From Squalus acanthias (Eukaryota): a stretch of DNA of 64,000 nucleotides. This document shows positions 48,430 to 60,769 of this stretch, piece by piece (the first letter of the stretch is position 1; each line of letters opens with the position of its first letter). The DNA lies in contig CM059433.1 in the NCBI GenBank assembly GCA_030390025.1, forward strand, positions 31,622,001 to 31,686,000, in the 5' to 3' direction. A program made the translations under genes and the position numbers. Under the pieces are notes generated by a model. The model made no database searches and was not told where the DNA came from. It saw only the letters and a list, made by a program, of their open reading frames with translations.

Positions 48430-49490
48430 TGGAGAAGGTGCAAAAAAGATTTACTGTGATGATACCAGAACTGAGAGGTTAGAACTATCAAGAAAGACTG
48501 AACAGCCTTTTTTTTAATTTGTTCATGGGATGTGGGCGTCGCTGGCAAGGCCAGCATTTATTGCCCATCTCTATTTGCCCTTGAGAAGGTGGTGGTGAGC
48601 CGTCTTCTTGAACCGCTGCAGTCCGTGTGGTGACGCTACTCCCACAGTGCTGTTAGGGAGGGAGTTCCAGGATTTTGACCCAGCGACAGTGAAGAAACGG
48701 CGATATACTTCCAAGTCAGGATGGTGTGTGACTTGGAGGGGAACTTGCAGGTGATGGTGTTCCCATGCGCCTGCTACCCTTGACGTGGGTTTGGGAGGTG
48801 CTGCTGAAGAAGCCTTTGCGAGTTGCTGCAGTGCATCTTGTAGATGGTACACACTGCAGCCACGGTACGCCGGGGGTGGAGGGAGTGAATGCCTGGGGCT
48901 CTGTTCGCTAGAAAAGGGAAGGCTGAGAGGTGAATTGATAGAGGTCTTTAAAATTATGAAGGGATTCGATAAGGTAGATGCAGAGAAGATGTTTCCACTT
49001 GTGGGGGAGTCCAAAACTAGGGGCCACCAATATAAGATAGTCACTAATAAATCTAATAAGGAATTAAAGAAAAACTTCTTTATTCAAAGAGTGGTAAGAA
49101 TGTGGAACTTGCTACCACATGGAGTAGTTGAAACGAATAGTGTAGATGCCTTTAAAGGAAAGCTAGATAAGTACACGAGGGGTAAAGGAATAGAAGGTTA
49201 TGCTATCTATTTGATTTCCTGCTGTCTCCAGTCTGATGAAAGGTCTCGACCTGAAACGTTAACTCTGTTTCTCTCTCCACGGATGCTGCCTCGCCTGCTG
49301 AGTTTTTCCAGCGTTTTCTGTTGTTATTTTGGATTTCCAGCATCTGCAGTATTTTGCTATCGTAGAAGGTTATGCTGATAGGGTTAGATGAAGTAGGGTA
49401 GGAGGAGGCGCGTGTGGAGCATAAACACCAGCATGGATCAGTTGGACTGAATGGCCTGTTTTTGTATAGTAAGTTTTATATAATTCTATA
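48430..49490 (+). mobile_element. CR1 3' fragment with nested LINE tail (~48510-48890) and Penelope fragment
   Basis: RLRGELIEVFKIMKGFDKVD..NFFIQRVVRMWNLLP. Confidence 0.8.
49205..49362 (+). mobile_element. Penelope terminal fragment with hammerhead core (49230-49264)
   Basis: 14-bp TSD tagaaggttatgct (49191-49204 and 49363-49376); agt-CTGATGA-a-aggtc/tc/gacct-GAAA-cgtta-act. Confidence 0.85.
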
Positions 49491-50513
49491 TATAATGCAT
49501 CAATGCCAAGAGGTTTGCGGCCAAAGTCCACAAAGCAGTGTCCATGAGGCACAGCCCTGCATTCTTCATTTCATTTGTGGATGGGGTAAATGAGAGCTGC
49601 TCCTAATTTTCTGTATAAGTTACAGAGTGGTGTTGAGTCCAGCTTGAAGTATGTTTAAACACCACTGCACACAGTTAAAATACTTTTTAATTATGTGAAT
49701 ATATCTTGTGACTATATTTTTCCCACTTTTGGTGATTTTGTTTTTGAGCTCATCAAGGTGGAGGATGTTAGTGTCGGGGAATGAAACATTCTCCTTTTTC
49801 AGAGACTTGACATCAGCTTCAAGTACTTCAAGCTCAGTTTCCCCAGAGGCATCTTCAGAGCAAAGCTTCCTCTGCCCCGAAAGTGGCAATAGGCTGCTCC
49901 ATATCTTGCGTTATATCAGTCGCCTTTCCCCAATTTCAGAAGAACGTTCTCTTTCGCACCAGCATGACATTTCTATTTGTGATCATCGGACAGGTTAACA
50001 CCAGAGTCAACATGAACTGAGGAGTAACCAAAATAACCTGGCTCGTCCTTTGCAAATGTTTGACTAAATACTAAAATAAATTGGTCTAATAATTGATTTA
50101 TTTATACAAAATCTTGAGATACAGAAATGACCAATGATAGGAAGCGGTGACTGAAACAACTGATTGGTACTGCTAGTGGTTGGGAACAGTGTTAACCTAC
50201 AGGTTGTATAATTTTTCCCAGCCTACATAACATGTACGTTCCAGGAGAGCTCCTAGGACCCAGCAGATACCAGACACTAACCATAACTCATGCAGGAGAC
50301 AAGGGCCGGAATTTTAATTTGGAGGTGGGTAGGGAGCGGGGTGGGGCCTGCAATGTGGTTGGGAAATGCGAGAGAACGGGATTCCCACAGGACCTGCTGA
50401 ATTTAATGGCAGGGCCTGATTAACCAGATGGAGAGGCTGGCTGGCTGTCGGGCGGGTAGGCCTGCGGCACCAGACCGCAGAGAGGAAGGAGGGAGGGATC
50501 GGGGTGGGGGGGG

Positions 50514-52814
50514 TGTAGGATTCTCAAAATTCCCACATTTCCCAAGTCATCAATAAGGGAACCCTTAAGGGAATGGCTTTTGGACTTTATGGCAGGAAAA
50601 ATGCAAGGTTAAAGTGGGACCCTGCAGACAGGAGGTCGAGTTTAAAAGGCCTAGAACTTGACATGCCTGGGCTTGTAGAATACAGCTTTGATTGTTACCT
50701 GAAGCCAGACAACTAGAGGAGACAGAATACGCATTATTCCCTTTAAAACAATCAACCCAGGAAAAGACTTAGGGGGAATAATTCAGTTGGTTGCGCCTCC
50801 CGTTAGCGCCTTAAGAGGGCACTAATGGGGCGCAAAGCATCTAGCGCCCAGGCGCGGCGAAGTTTGCACCACTCGCGAAATTAAGTAGACATTTTGCGGC
50901 GGCGCTAAACACTACTGCCACGATCTCCTGCGCCGGCAGATCGTGACGTCAGTCAAGTGCGCAACGCCCCGGTATCGCCCCGGAGCGGATATTGAGTGGC
51001 GCTCCCTGCCTTACCGCCTGACGCAAGCAACGACAGGTTGAGGGGAGTGTTCTGCAGTCATGAAGGGAAAGGGGGAGCGCTATTTAAAGGTGACCGCTTC
51101 CTGCCTTTTATTGTTGGTGCCATTTTTGAACTATGCATTCTGAGAGAGAGAGGGAGAGAATTCTGGAGAGATTCAACGCTGTGTGAAGGAGTTTTGGGTA
51201 CTGAGCAGCACTTTGCTGGTTCATTTTGATTTGCCATTCCTTGTATCGATTTAGAAGAGACTGTGGGGGCTGCACTCTGAGCTCTTTCCCAGGCACTCTC
51301 CATTGTTCTTTCCAGCAGATTTGATGTGCAGGTCTCTCCAGGCCGAGATTTAAGGCTGCAATGAGCAGGATGTGGATGGAAAGCAAGATTAACCATCCCC
51401 TTTAAGAACTGGCCTGTGCCAATGTGTGTATGTTCCATTGCTGACTGACATTACATGAGCTTTGTCAGCACTCTGAGGTAGCGCCTCGCTCCTCGGCCTT
51501 TGTGCCTTAAGACAGGTGTGAAGCGCCTGATTTAGCGCTCCAATCACCTCCAGAGGCGATAAAAGTCAAGTTTGCAGTCGGTGGCGATAATTAGCGCCAG
51601 GCGCTAATCTTTGCGCCCGGCCGATAACTGCGCCCCAAATGGGGCGATACTGAATTTCTCCCGCTTAATCTTGCACAAACCTATAGCCCATCAAAACTAT
51701 GCATAAATAATCACTTACAGTTCAAACTGGCTACCGAGCCAGGAAGACAACGATTTACATTATGCATAACAAACACCCAAGACATTAAAGCTATTAAAAA
51801 AACGAGTGAAATCACCTTAAGGAGCCGCCCAAAAGTCAGACAAAGAACTAACCCTGATTTGGCGCCCAGATAAGAAATTCAAAAACAGTATAACTGTGGG
51901 CCACCAGTAATCAAACGGGGCTTGGAAAACCTCTCCGGAAGCAGCAGGAAGACCCAACATCACAGCAAGGGGGCACGATGGGGCAGGCTCGACCGAAGAC
52001 GACAAGGCCGCAACTGCAGCCCTACACAAAGACCGACCACGAGCCACGAGCACCGCAGTAACCAAGGGCCGGGTAAACCATACCTTCAGATCATTACCAC
52101 CACTCAGGTAATGATCTAGGCCGCCGCGACGGAGCCGACACCAAAGACCACCAACTGATCCCAACCGCAACAAAACTCGACGACCAGACCACCATCGGAA
52201 GAACAAAACCCAAAGTTTCCACTCTACAAGGTAAAGTACCCAACAAAGACTTTGCTTTCCCTATTTCGAACTAAGAAAAGTGGGTACTTACCAGACAAAT
52301 CCATAACCGCGCCCTACCGCATCAGCGGACTCCACCAAACTGAGGGACCTTCGCAGATTTCACAGACCGGTACCACGTGGGGACGGCAGGCCCCAAAGGA
52401 CACAAAGAGCGTACCCCAAAAATGCAACCGGCTTACCTGGCTGGATTTTGAACTGTCAAGAAACCCCTGTTGGTGAGCATGATCCCTGGCCTCTCTTAGT
52501 GCAATTTAGTTAGGTTTTGGGGGTGGGACAAGGGTAAGGAGATCATTATTGTGATTTTTCCTCGTTGTGCCGTGTGTTCCCCATTCTTAACCAAGTGTAC
52601 TCTTGAATGTCTGTATAATCTAAGTGTATTTTTAATGTTATAATTTTAGTGTGACTTCAATAAACACAGTTTTCTTGCACCAAACCAGTTGTCCACTCCA
52701 ATTTTGTATCGCAGCCTGTATCTAAGTCCGGAGTCTAGAACTTCAGGGGAGTGGGAATGGTTCAACCCGTCCAGACAGTCAGAGGCAAAGCTGACCCACA
52801 GGCCACCCCCTACA
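50514..52814 (+). mobile_element. Solo LTR (~1.4 kb after removing MITE copy 4)
   Basis: Termini TGTAGG..CCTACA, GGGG on both flanks and AATAAA at ~52659; no internal coding sequence. Confidence 0.7.
50772..51664 (-). mobile_element. Harbinger-type MITE, copy 4, inside a solo LTR
   Basis: Same TIRs, TSD TTA. Confidence 0.9.
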
Positions 52815-54307
52815 GGGGGAAGGGAGGCCGGAAGGGGTGTTGGAAGGCCAGAGGGAGATTGGGGGCCAGGGAGGGGTCAGAAGGCCGGAGGGTGTCTGAT
52901 CATGGGGGGTTGGCGAGGCAGGAATGTGGTCCCTTAAAGGGGAACTGCCTTCTAAAAAAATGTTTTAAATCATTTAAAAATAGGCAGTTTTTTTGCCCTT
53001 AGAGCTCAACTGTCTTCTGAAAAAAAATTGTCATTAAAAAGAATTCCCAAATTGCAGTCTTCAGCTCTTAAAGCTGAATTGCCTTCCGCACCTTAAAAAA
53101 TGGGAAAAGTGCTTCAGCACTAACACAAATGGCTAAGCAATGCAGGGAAGGGAAGCAAGGGTCTCGCATGCAGCACTCCAGCTTTGTGCAGGGGGTCAAC
53201 ACTGCAAGAGAGGTCCTCTACCCACAGGGGCCAGGAGGCCCTACAGAGAGAAGGATATGGGACCAGATCACTGAGGCTGTCACTGCCAACAGTGTCACCC
53301 CCACCATCTGGCTTCAGTGCCCAAAGAAGCTTCATGACCTCAGACTAGTGGGCAAGGTAAGTGAATGCATCTTCAAAAGCCATCTCCTCCCAACTGCATC
53401 ATCAGCCTCACACACTTCTCAATGTACGACTCCCACAGGCGCCCCCCCCCATCACTCACCTACCAACAATCTGTACCAAACACAAGGCACACCTCCCATT
53501 CCTAGCTTCACCTCGCCCCCTTGGAGGAGATGGTGCTGCCATTCTTGGCAGGGGCATGGCTGAGCCCTTGGCCAGCAGAGGGGCTGAAAGGTTGCAAGAT
53601 GCTGGTATCCTCATATGTTATCCTCCTTCTGCCATGCACCTCATGCTTTCCCGCCCTCCCCTCACCACAACTCCACACTTGTGCCTTCCTCATTTCACAC
53701 TCCCAAGAAATGCAGCCTGCCCAGCCAGTGGCTGACCAAGAAGAGGGATGAGACAGTGACGAAAAAGATGAAGAAGAAGAAGAAGAAACACCATCACTTG
53801 ATTTGATACTCCCAGCCACCAGCTCCTCAAGGTTGACCTACAAGGCCATCTGCAGTGTCCCACACTGAAAGTCAGCAGCCTTCCACCAGCCATGCTGCAG
53901 CCACTGGGGTAGCACTGTGTGACATCACTAGGATAGGCAAAGGCACACACAAGACTGTCACTAAGGGACTACTCAAGGGTGATTAGTTGATTTTTTGATG
54001 TAATATTGGATGCATATATGGATAAAGTTGAATTGGAAAGTTTGCTTTGTAGTGGCTTTTATTTCATCCTTGTGTCCAGGAGGATGTTGTGATGGTCAAT
54101 AACAGAGGGAAGGTAAGGTGTGGGACAAATGTTGAAAGGGGAATTGGGGTTGTGTTTGCAGGCGGACGGTACCGCAGGCGGATGATTCCACCCTGGATAT
54201 CCCGGTCAGAAAGGGGCTGTCTGGTTCGCATCCTTCCTTTTGCTTCTCCTCTTCTGCTTCTCCTTTCCTGCTTCTTCCTCTTCTGTGTCTTCCTCTTCCC
54301 TCTGAGA

Positions 54308-54450
54308 GCAGATGCTGGAAATCTGAAAGAACAGCAGTAAATGCTGGAAATAATCAGCAGGTCAGGCAGCATCTTGACCTGCGACGTGAACTCTGCTTCT
54401 CTCTCCACGGATGCTGCCAGACCTGCTGAGTATTTCCAGCCTTTTCTCTC
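54308..54450. mobile_element. Second fold-back Penelope terminal fragment, hammerhead deleted
   Basis: gctggaaataatcagcaggtcaggcagcatc ... gatgctgccagacctgctgagtatttccagc inverted pair. Confidence 0.75.
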
Positions 54451-55009
54451 TTCTCAGAGGCCTTCTTTACTATCCAAGAGCTTGCAAGCATCCAGCAGCA
54501 CTCCCTGCACACTTTTAACATGTATTGCACCAACCCACTACTTCAAGAAAATATAAAAATTCCAGTCCAAAAGCTTAAATGCAAACTTACCTGAAGGATG
54601 TGTGTGTCCCTTTAAGAAGTGCTGACAGCATCTCTGTTGGTCTGCTGCACGCTCTCTTTACAGAGCAAGCTTAGGACCCAGCGCTAAACTCAACGCAAAG
54701 GCCCCAGGTCGCAGAGCGTGGTGTCATCACGCTCTCCAGCTTTGCATGTCCAGGGCCAGCGCATGGCCCTTACCAAAATGGCGGCTGCCGAGTCCTGCGC
54801 CAGAGGCAGGCGTTAGAGCAGCGTCTGCCATTTTGTTCCAGGATTCCAGCGCAAATGGGTGGCGGTAAGTAGCCCAATTTCTCCCCCATAGTTCCCACAA
54901 CAGTGACTATATTTGAAAAGGTACTTAATTGGCTGTAAAGCAATTTGAGACATCCTGGGGTCGTGAAAGCTTCTGTATAAATGTATGTCTTTCTTTCTTT
55001 CCTTCAAAG

Positions 55010-55655
55010 TGTGAGTGCAGGTAGAAAAAGCCATAAAAAAGGCCAAAAGCATTTCTGGTTTTATAAGTAGTGGCACAGAGTACAAGAACAAAGAGGATAT
55101 GATAAATGTGTACAAAGCAATGGTTAGCCCAGAGTTAGAGTACTGTGTGCAGTTTTGGGTGCCCCATTATGGAAGGGACATTAAAGTGATAGACATGGTA
55201 CAGCGAAGGTTCACCAGGGATGAGAAACTTCTGTTATGAAGAGAGACTTGTGATGCTAAAACTCCTACTGGAGCAAGAAGGCTCAATGCAGATCTAATAA
55301 AGGTTTTTAAAAAAAATTATGAAGGGTTTTGATAAGGTGAATAAGGAAAGACTATTTGTTCAGGTTGTGGAGTTGTTGACAAGGAGTTATCAATTTAAAA
55401 ATGGTCAGCAAGAGAGGGAGAAGAGAGGTTAGGGAAAATGCAGAGAATTGTCAGTGCATGACTGCTTTGCCACAGCGAATAGTTAAGGCAGAGACCAGTG
55501 CGTCTTTTAATGGAGGCATAGCTAAACATTTGATGCAGAGGGAAGGTAGAGAGTACGGCAATGGGATTAATTTTAGATTGTTGCAGTAAAGTCGGCACAG
55601 ACACGACACGGCAAGTACCCACCTTCTGTGCTGCAAACTTCTATGGTTCTATAGG
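55010..55655 (+). mobile_element. Old CR1 3' fragment
   Basis: PELEYCVQFWVPHY..VQRRFTR; ttctatggttctat tail. Confidence 0.8.
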
Positions 55656-56423
55656 TTTATAACTCTTATTCATCTAATAGCGGCCATTTCAACAGATATT
55701 GACAGATGCCTAGGAAGAGAACACGGCATACTCACAGAGCTAAGGAATGTTGCTCTGCTCTCCTTGTGAAGATTTGAAGCTTACAGAATACATGAAGACA
55801 AAATTGAACTCTTAAAATTCCAAGGGTGCCAGATTTGGCCTGCAGGCCTTATGTCATGTGAGATTGCCACTGACCCCACACTACCTTCTAGATAGCTGTA
55901 CTTGGCTACTTCAACATTTTTATGAGCATTTATTATCCCACATCCTTGTTAAGATTCTTTCAGGCATTACTATATACACACACACACACACACACATATC
56001 AGACAGGTAACATTGCCACATAAAAGCATTCACTACTTTTCAGGCCCATGGAGGTTATATACCGATGACATAGATAATGTAGCTGTCAGCAGGCTGTTTA
56101 ATTTGGACTGTGAACATAAAACTAAAGGGGGCAAGTACAAAACTAACAAGCTTCAAGCAAATACTAAAGATGTGCAGAGGCTTTATTTAATCTTTTTTGT
56201 GCATACATGGAACAACTCCTGGCAAAAGCAATATAGTGTCAATTGATTCCTTCAATAGAAAAATGGATGGTTGTCTGGTTGGGAACAGGATTGAAGGTTC
56301 GAGGGTTATTATATGGACAGAGATAATCAAAGAACACAGTGGTTCTTGTGACCTGCTGTGGCCAAGCACATGCTCCCTGCGGAAAAGAAGCAGCTGAAGC
56401 CATAGGTGTCTGCTACTGCTCCA

Positions 56424-56850
56424 GGGTGTCAGCCTTGTTTCAGTGGGTAGCACTCTCACCTCTGAATCAGAAGGTTGTGGGTTTGAGTCCTACTCCAGAG
56501 ACTTGAGCATAAAATCTAGGCTGGCACTACTGAGGGAGTGCTGCACTGTCGGAGGTGCCGACTTTCGGATGAGATGTTAAACCGAGGCCCCATCTGCCCT
56601 CTCAGGTGGACGTACAAGATCCCATGGCATCTTTCAAAGAAGTGCAAGGGAGTTCCCCCAGGGTCCTGGCCAATATTTAATCCTTCAACTAACATCATTC
56701 AAACAGATCATCTGGTCATTATCACATTGGTGTTTACGGGAACATGCTGAGTGCAAATTGGCTGCCGCATTTCGTACATTACCACAGTGCCCTTCAAAAA
56801 GTACTCTGGGATCTCCTGAGGTCGTGAAATGCTGTAGTGCAAGCCTTTCT
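56424..56850 (+). mobile_element. Deu-domain SINE, near full-length
   Basis: tRNA head, Deu core and L2-like tail, as at 868. Confidence 0.8.
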
Positions 56851-58409
56851 TTTATTAAAATTAGGGTACAACACACTCCAAGTCTTGAGGCTTGAGCTTT
56901 GCACTGAGTGGGGTAGATAGCTGTTTCCCAGTTGATGGATGCCCACTGCAGACAGCTCACTCGCGAGCTGTCGAACAGTTTGCTAAACAGCAGAGTCAAG
57001 GCTAACATATGAATGTTGGCCACTTGGGACTTTGGGAGAGGTAGCAGGAGGGGGACCAGGAGTTGAGGGAAGTTCAGCAGCTGTATTTTTGTTTGTTGTG
57101 CTTTGTTATGCTGGTGATGCCGCTCCTTCTGACTGATGGTCCCAACAGATTGAGTTGTCTCTATTGCAGTGGTGTAAAACGGATGCAGCATCATTTTGTG
57201 ATCATATTCTTTTTTGGCCAATAATAGTCACGCAGCATTTTTTTGTCAAATTTCCTTCCATCCTTTCCTGCCTCTGTGCTGGGATACAGTTCTACAGGCA
57301 TTGGCCCAGCTCTAGGACATAGCCCAAGTGGCCATTATTCATGTGCGGCCCTTAGCAGAACGTTTCGACTGCTGGAGAGTAACAAAGCCAAGCCTGATCT
57401 TGTCCTCTCCTTTGACAGCCACGCATGGGGACTTCCAATTGTAGTCACTGGCACAACCAGGAACAGGAAGTCTGGAAGATTTGTAGCTCATTAACCCACG
57501 GGTGCTGAGGTTAATCTCAATCCCACTCACCCCCAGCTGAGATAAGGCAACTCTGCACAGACTGGGAATCAAACCTGGGACTGTCATGCTGGTTTTTACA
57601 GCTCATATGATTGCAGAAACTACTCAGGCATGACAGTCATTTCCGACTTGCTTTCATAAATGTGAACTTTTGGAATTCAGATGAAGATTCAAATACTTGG
57701 ATCAGTGATTCATCTCTTAGTCAAAAACACCCATATTCCAATAACTCTTTGCATTAGTTCAGGAATAATATTGAGAATGATTCGCTATCCCTGCAATTAT
57801 TTTGTTTCACTGCCACCATTGCGCTCTGTCTAAATTCCCCATCAAATTGTGTCCCTAATTGATTCAACTGTGGCAGATTATATCCATAGGTAATCATTTA
57901 TTTAGTTTGATATTCATTTTCTCTCTCATATTTTAGTATACATAAATTCTAACTCATTCTTTCCGAACATCAAAACTGCAAAATCCCTTATCTCCTAACC
58001 TTTTTCAATATTGGCCTTCACAAAATGAGTTTTATTTAAATAGCAGCTTATCACATCTCTCAGTAACATCTAAAGTACTTCACAAACAATAAATTACTTT
58101 GAGGTATAGTTACTACAGTTATGTGGGGAAACAGTTTCTCAATAAAACCGGGTTGCTCAATGAGTAAAATTTTCAATAATAGCCAGACATTATCCCAACT
58201 TTTTCCTGATCTGCATCATTCCATCATTACCAGCTTAGTCACAGTCCCAATCCAATTCCACCACCAGCATCACCACAGTCAGAATTCCCAATCACAGTTC
58301 CACATCATCACCACAATCGCAGTCAAACCACAGGACAGTCCTGTCCTCAATAACAGTCTCACCATCACAGCGCAGTCCTGTCCCCAATCACAGTTTCCCC
58401 ATTGCCAGC

Positions 58410-59053
58410 ACATCAACATCCTGGGGGTCACCATTGACAGGAAACTTAACTGGACCAGCCACATAAATAATGTGGCTATAAGAGCAGGTCAGAGGTTGGT
58501 GATTCTGCAGCGAGTGACTCACTTCCTGACTCCCCAAAGCCTTTTTACAATCTACAAGGCACAAGGCAGGAGTGTGATGGAATACTCTCTACTTGCCTGG
58601 ATGAGTGCAGCTCCAACAACACTCAAGAAGCTTAACATCATCCAGGAAAAAGCAGCCTGCTTGATTGGCACCCCATCCACCACCTTAAACATTCACTCCT
58701 TCCACGACTGGTGCACCATGGCTGCATTGTGTACCATCTACAAGATGCACTGCAGCAACTCATCAAGGCATCTTCGACAGCACCTCCCAAACCCATGACC
58801 TCTACCACCTAGAAGGGCAGCAGGCGCATGGGAACACCACCACCTCCAAGTTCCCTTCCAAGTCACACACCATCCTGATTTGGAAATATATCAGTGTTCC
58901 TTCATCGTTGCTGGGTCAAAATCCTGAAACTCCCTACCTACTGCATCGATTCAAGAAGGGGGCTCACCACCACCTTCTCAAGGGCAATTAGGGATGGGCA
59001 ATAAATGCTGGCCTTGCCAGCGATGCCCACATCCTGTGAATGAATAAAAAAAA
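58410..59053 (+). mobile_element. Non-LTR retrotransposon 3' fragment with A tail
   Basis: ILGVTIDRKLNWTSHI..IYKAQGRSVMEYS..W; ends gaatgaataaaaaaaa. Confidence 0.8.
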
Positions 59054-60769
59054 GTCATATCATCACTAGCACAGTTTGGCACAAACCTGATTCTAATGAC
59101 AGTGTCAGCCTCACCCATATAGTCCTGATCCCAATAAAGGCCCAGTGACTGTAATGGATAAAGATTGGATATTTAAATGGGGAAGATCTTTACAAGGGCA
59201 CTGCTGATACCAGTTGCACAATGGAAGAAGATTATAGGTTGTTTTTTATCCTGTTTATTTGCACTGATTACATTAATAAAGTAAATCCTTTGGCTACAAG
59301 TAGAGGAATTTTCGAATGGAGCGGGAGTTAAAATATGTGGAAAATAATTACAAAAAAAACACTGATTTAACAAGGAACAAAAACACTGTTCCAGATATTT
59401 GTCTTTGCTAAACTATTGCCTGTTCTCCATTGAGTTCAATTATTATGATGGAGCGAAGCTGAATAGCATCATGCATATTAATATGTAACCTAGACTCCAA
59501 TATCAAATGGTCATTGTGCCATGTACTGCTAATCATGTCACCTGGTGAAGTCAGATTATGATTAACGGCATTTTGAATATATCAGGTTTTTTCTGCAAGG
59601 GGCAAAAAAAAATGACATTGGCTTCAAAATGATCAGATAGAAATATCAACTGAATACATTAGCAAGATATTAAGCCGATTTTCAGACATGTACAGCTAGA
59701 AACCTGTTTACATGCTCCAGCGCTTCCTTAGAAATACCGTTTTAAAACTTCAACTGTAAGCTATCCAATTTCAGTGCCTACTAAACAACACGGGCTGTTT
59801 GCTACAAATCATTTCAAATATCTTCAAGAAGGAGTGAAAGTAAATTAAAAAGTGCGGACAGTTAATAGACATCGAGGTTAAGAACTTACAAGGGGGAGGA
59901 TTCTGGTGAGTAGAGAAGAGGGATGGTGAAAGGAAACAGGGAGAACGCAATTAAATCGCAAGCGGGCTTATTATTTGGTGATAACACTTCGGATTAAAGG
60001 ACTGGGGAAGTGTAGTACAACAAGGATGAAGTGTGAGAGAGATTTTCTGCAACAAATGAAAAATGATAAAACAATTTGGTGTTTCACACGATATCTATGA
60101 ATGCATTATTTTTTTGAAGACACCGATGTGAGTAGTTTTAGACATGTTCTTAACCAGAAAAGAACAAGACTGATGCACTAACCTGCAGAGAACAGGGCTC
60201 GGGAGTACAGTAAATAGTATTCCTGCAGTGCTAAGGAAATATATCAGTTAGACAGCAGAGTTTGGATTGGGAGTAGCATGAGGCAGTGAGAAATCAGTAG
60301 CCACTCACTCTGTGCCAAGTGCAATGAAGCCTGACTTTATATCCAGTAATTTCCTGTTTAATCATTTGTCATGTCTTTAATAAAATGTAATTGATATCCA
60401 GTGATCCAGAGAAAGTGAATTGGAAGAAGTGCCAACTTTCAATGATTGGAAGTATCACATTCAAAAGTTGAAGGTCAAGCTGAGTAGTCCGCTCTTCTAT
60501 CCCACACTTTTAGCTATTGGAACAGACAACCTTTTGCATTGATTAACCAAGAAAAATGTCTCAGCAGTTTGGATCAAAATTGAACACTCTGAGGAGATAG
60601 AGGCCTTTGCTTTTTGGTGGATCCAGTGAATTATCAATTTATTTGACAGTCAAGAATCCATTAATTCCCTAAAGGATATTTAATTAATAAAACAAAATAA
60701 AAATAAGGGTTGAAGTGATAGAAGGCAAAAATCAAATGAATAGGACAATGCGTACATGTCACTTGAAGG

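Larger units (their letters stand above)
50303..54887. mobile_element. Decayed Harbinger (possibly composite) with Myb/SANT (+) and transposase C-terminal (-) remnants
   Basis: ORF 53129-: REVLYPQ..IWDQITEAVTANSVTPTIWLQCPKKLHDL then GTAAG donor; acidic minus-strand tail at 54170-54300; ends GGGCCGGAATTTT and CAATTTCTCCCCC match only loosely. Confidence 0.6.

Noticed and set aside
58121..58410. His/Gln/Ser-rich N-terminus of a 225-aa ORF
   Set aside because: Low-complexity cacagt-like repeats running by chance into a LINE RT C-terminal fragment.
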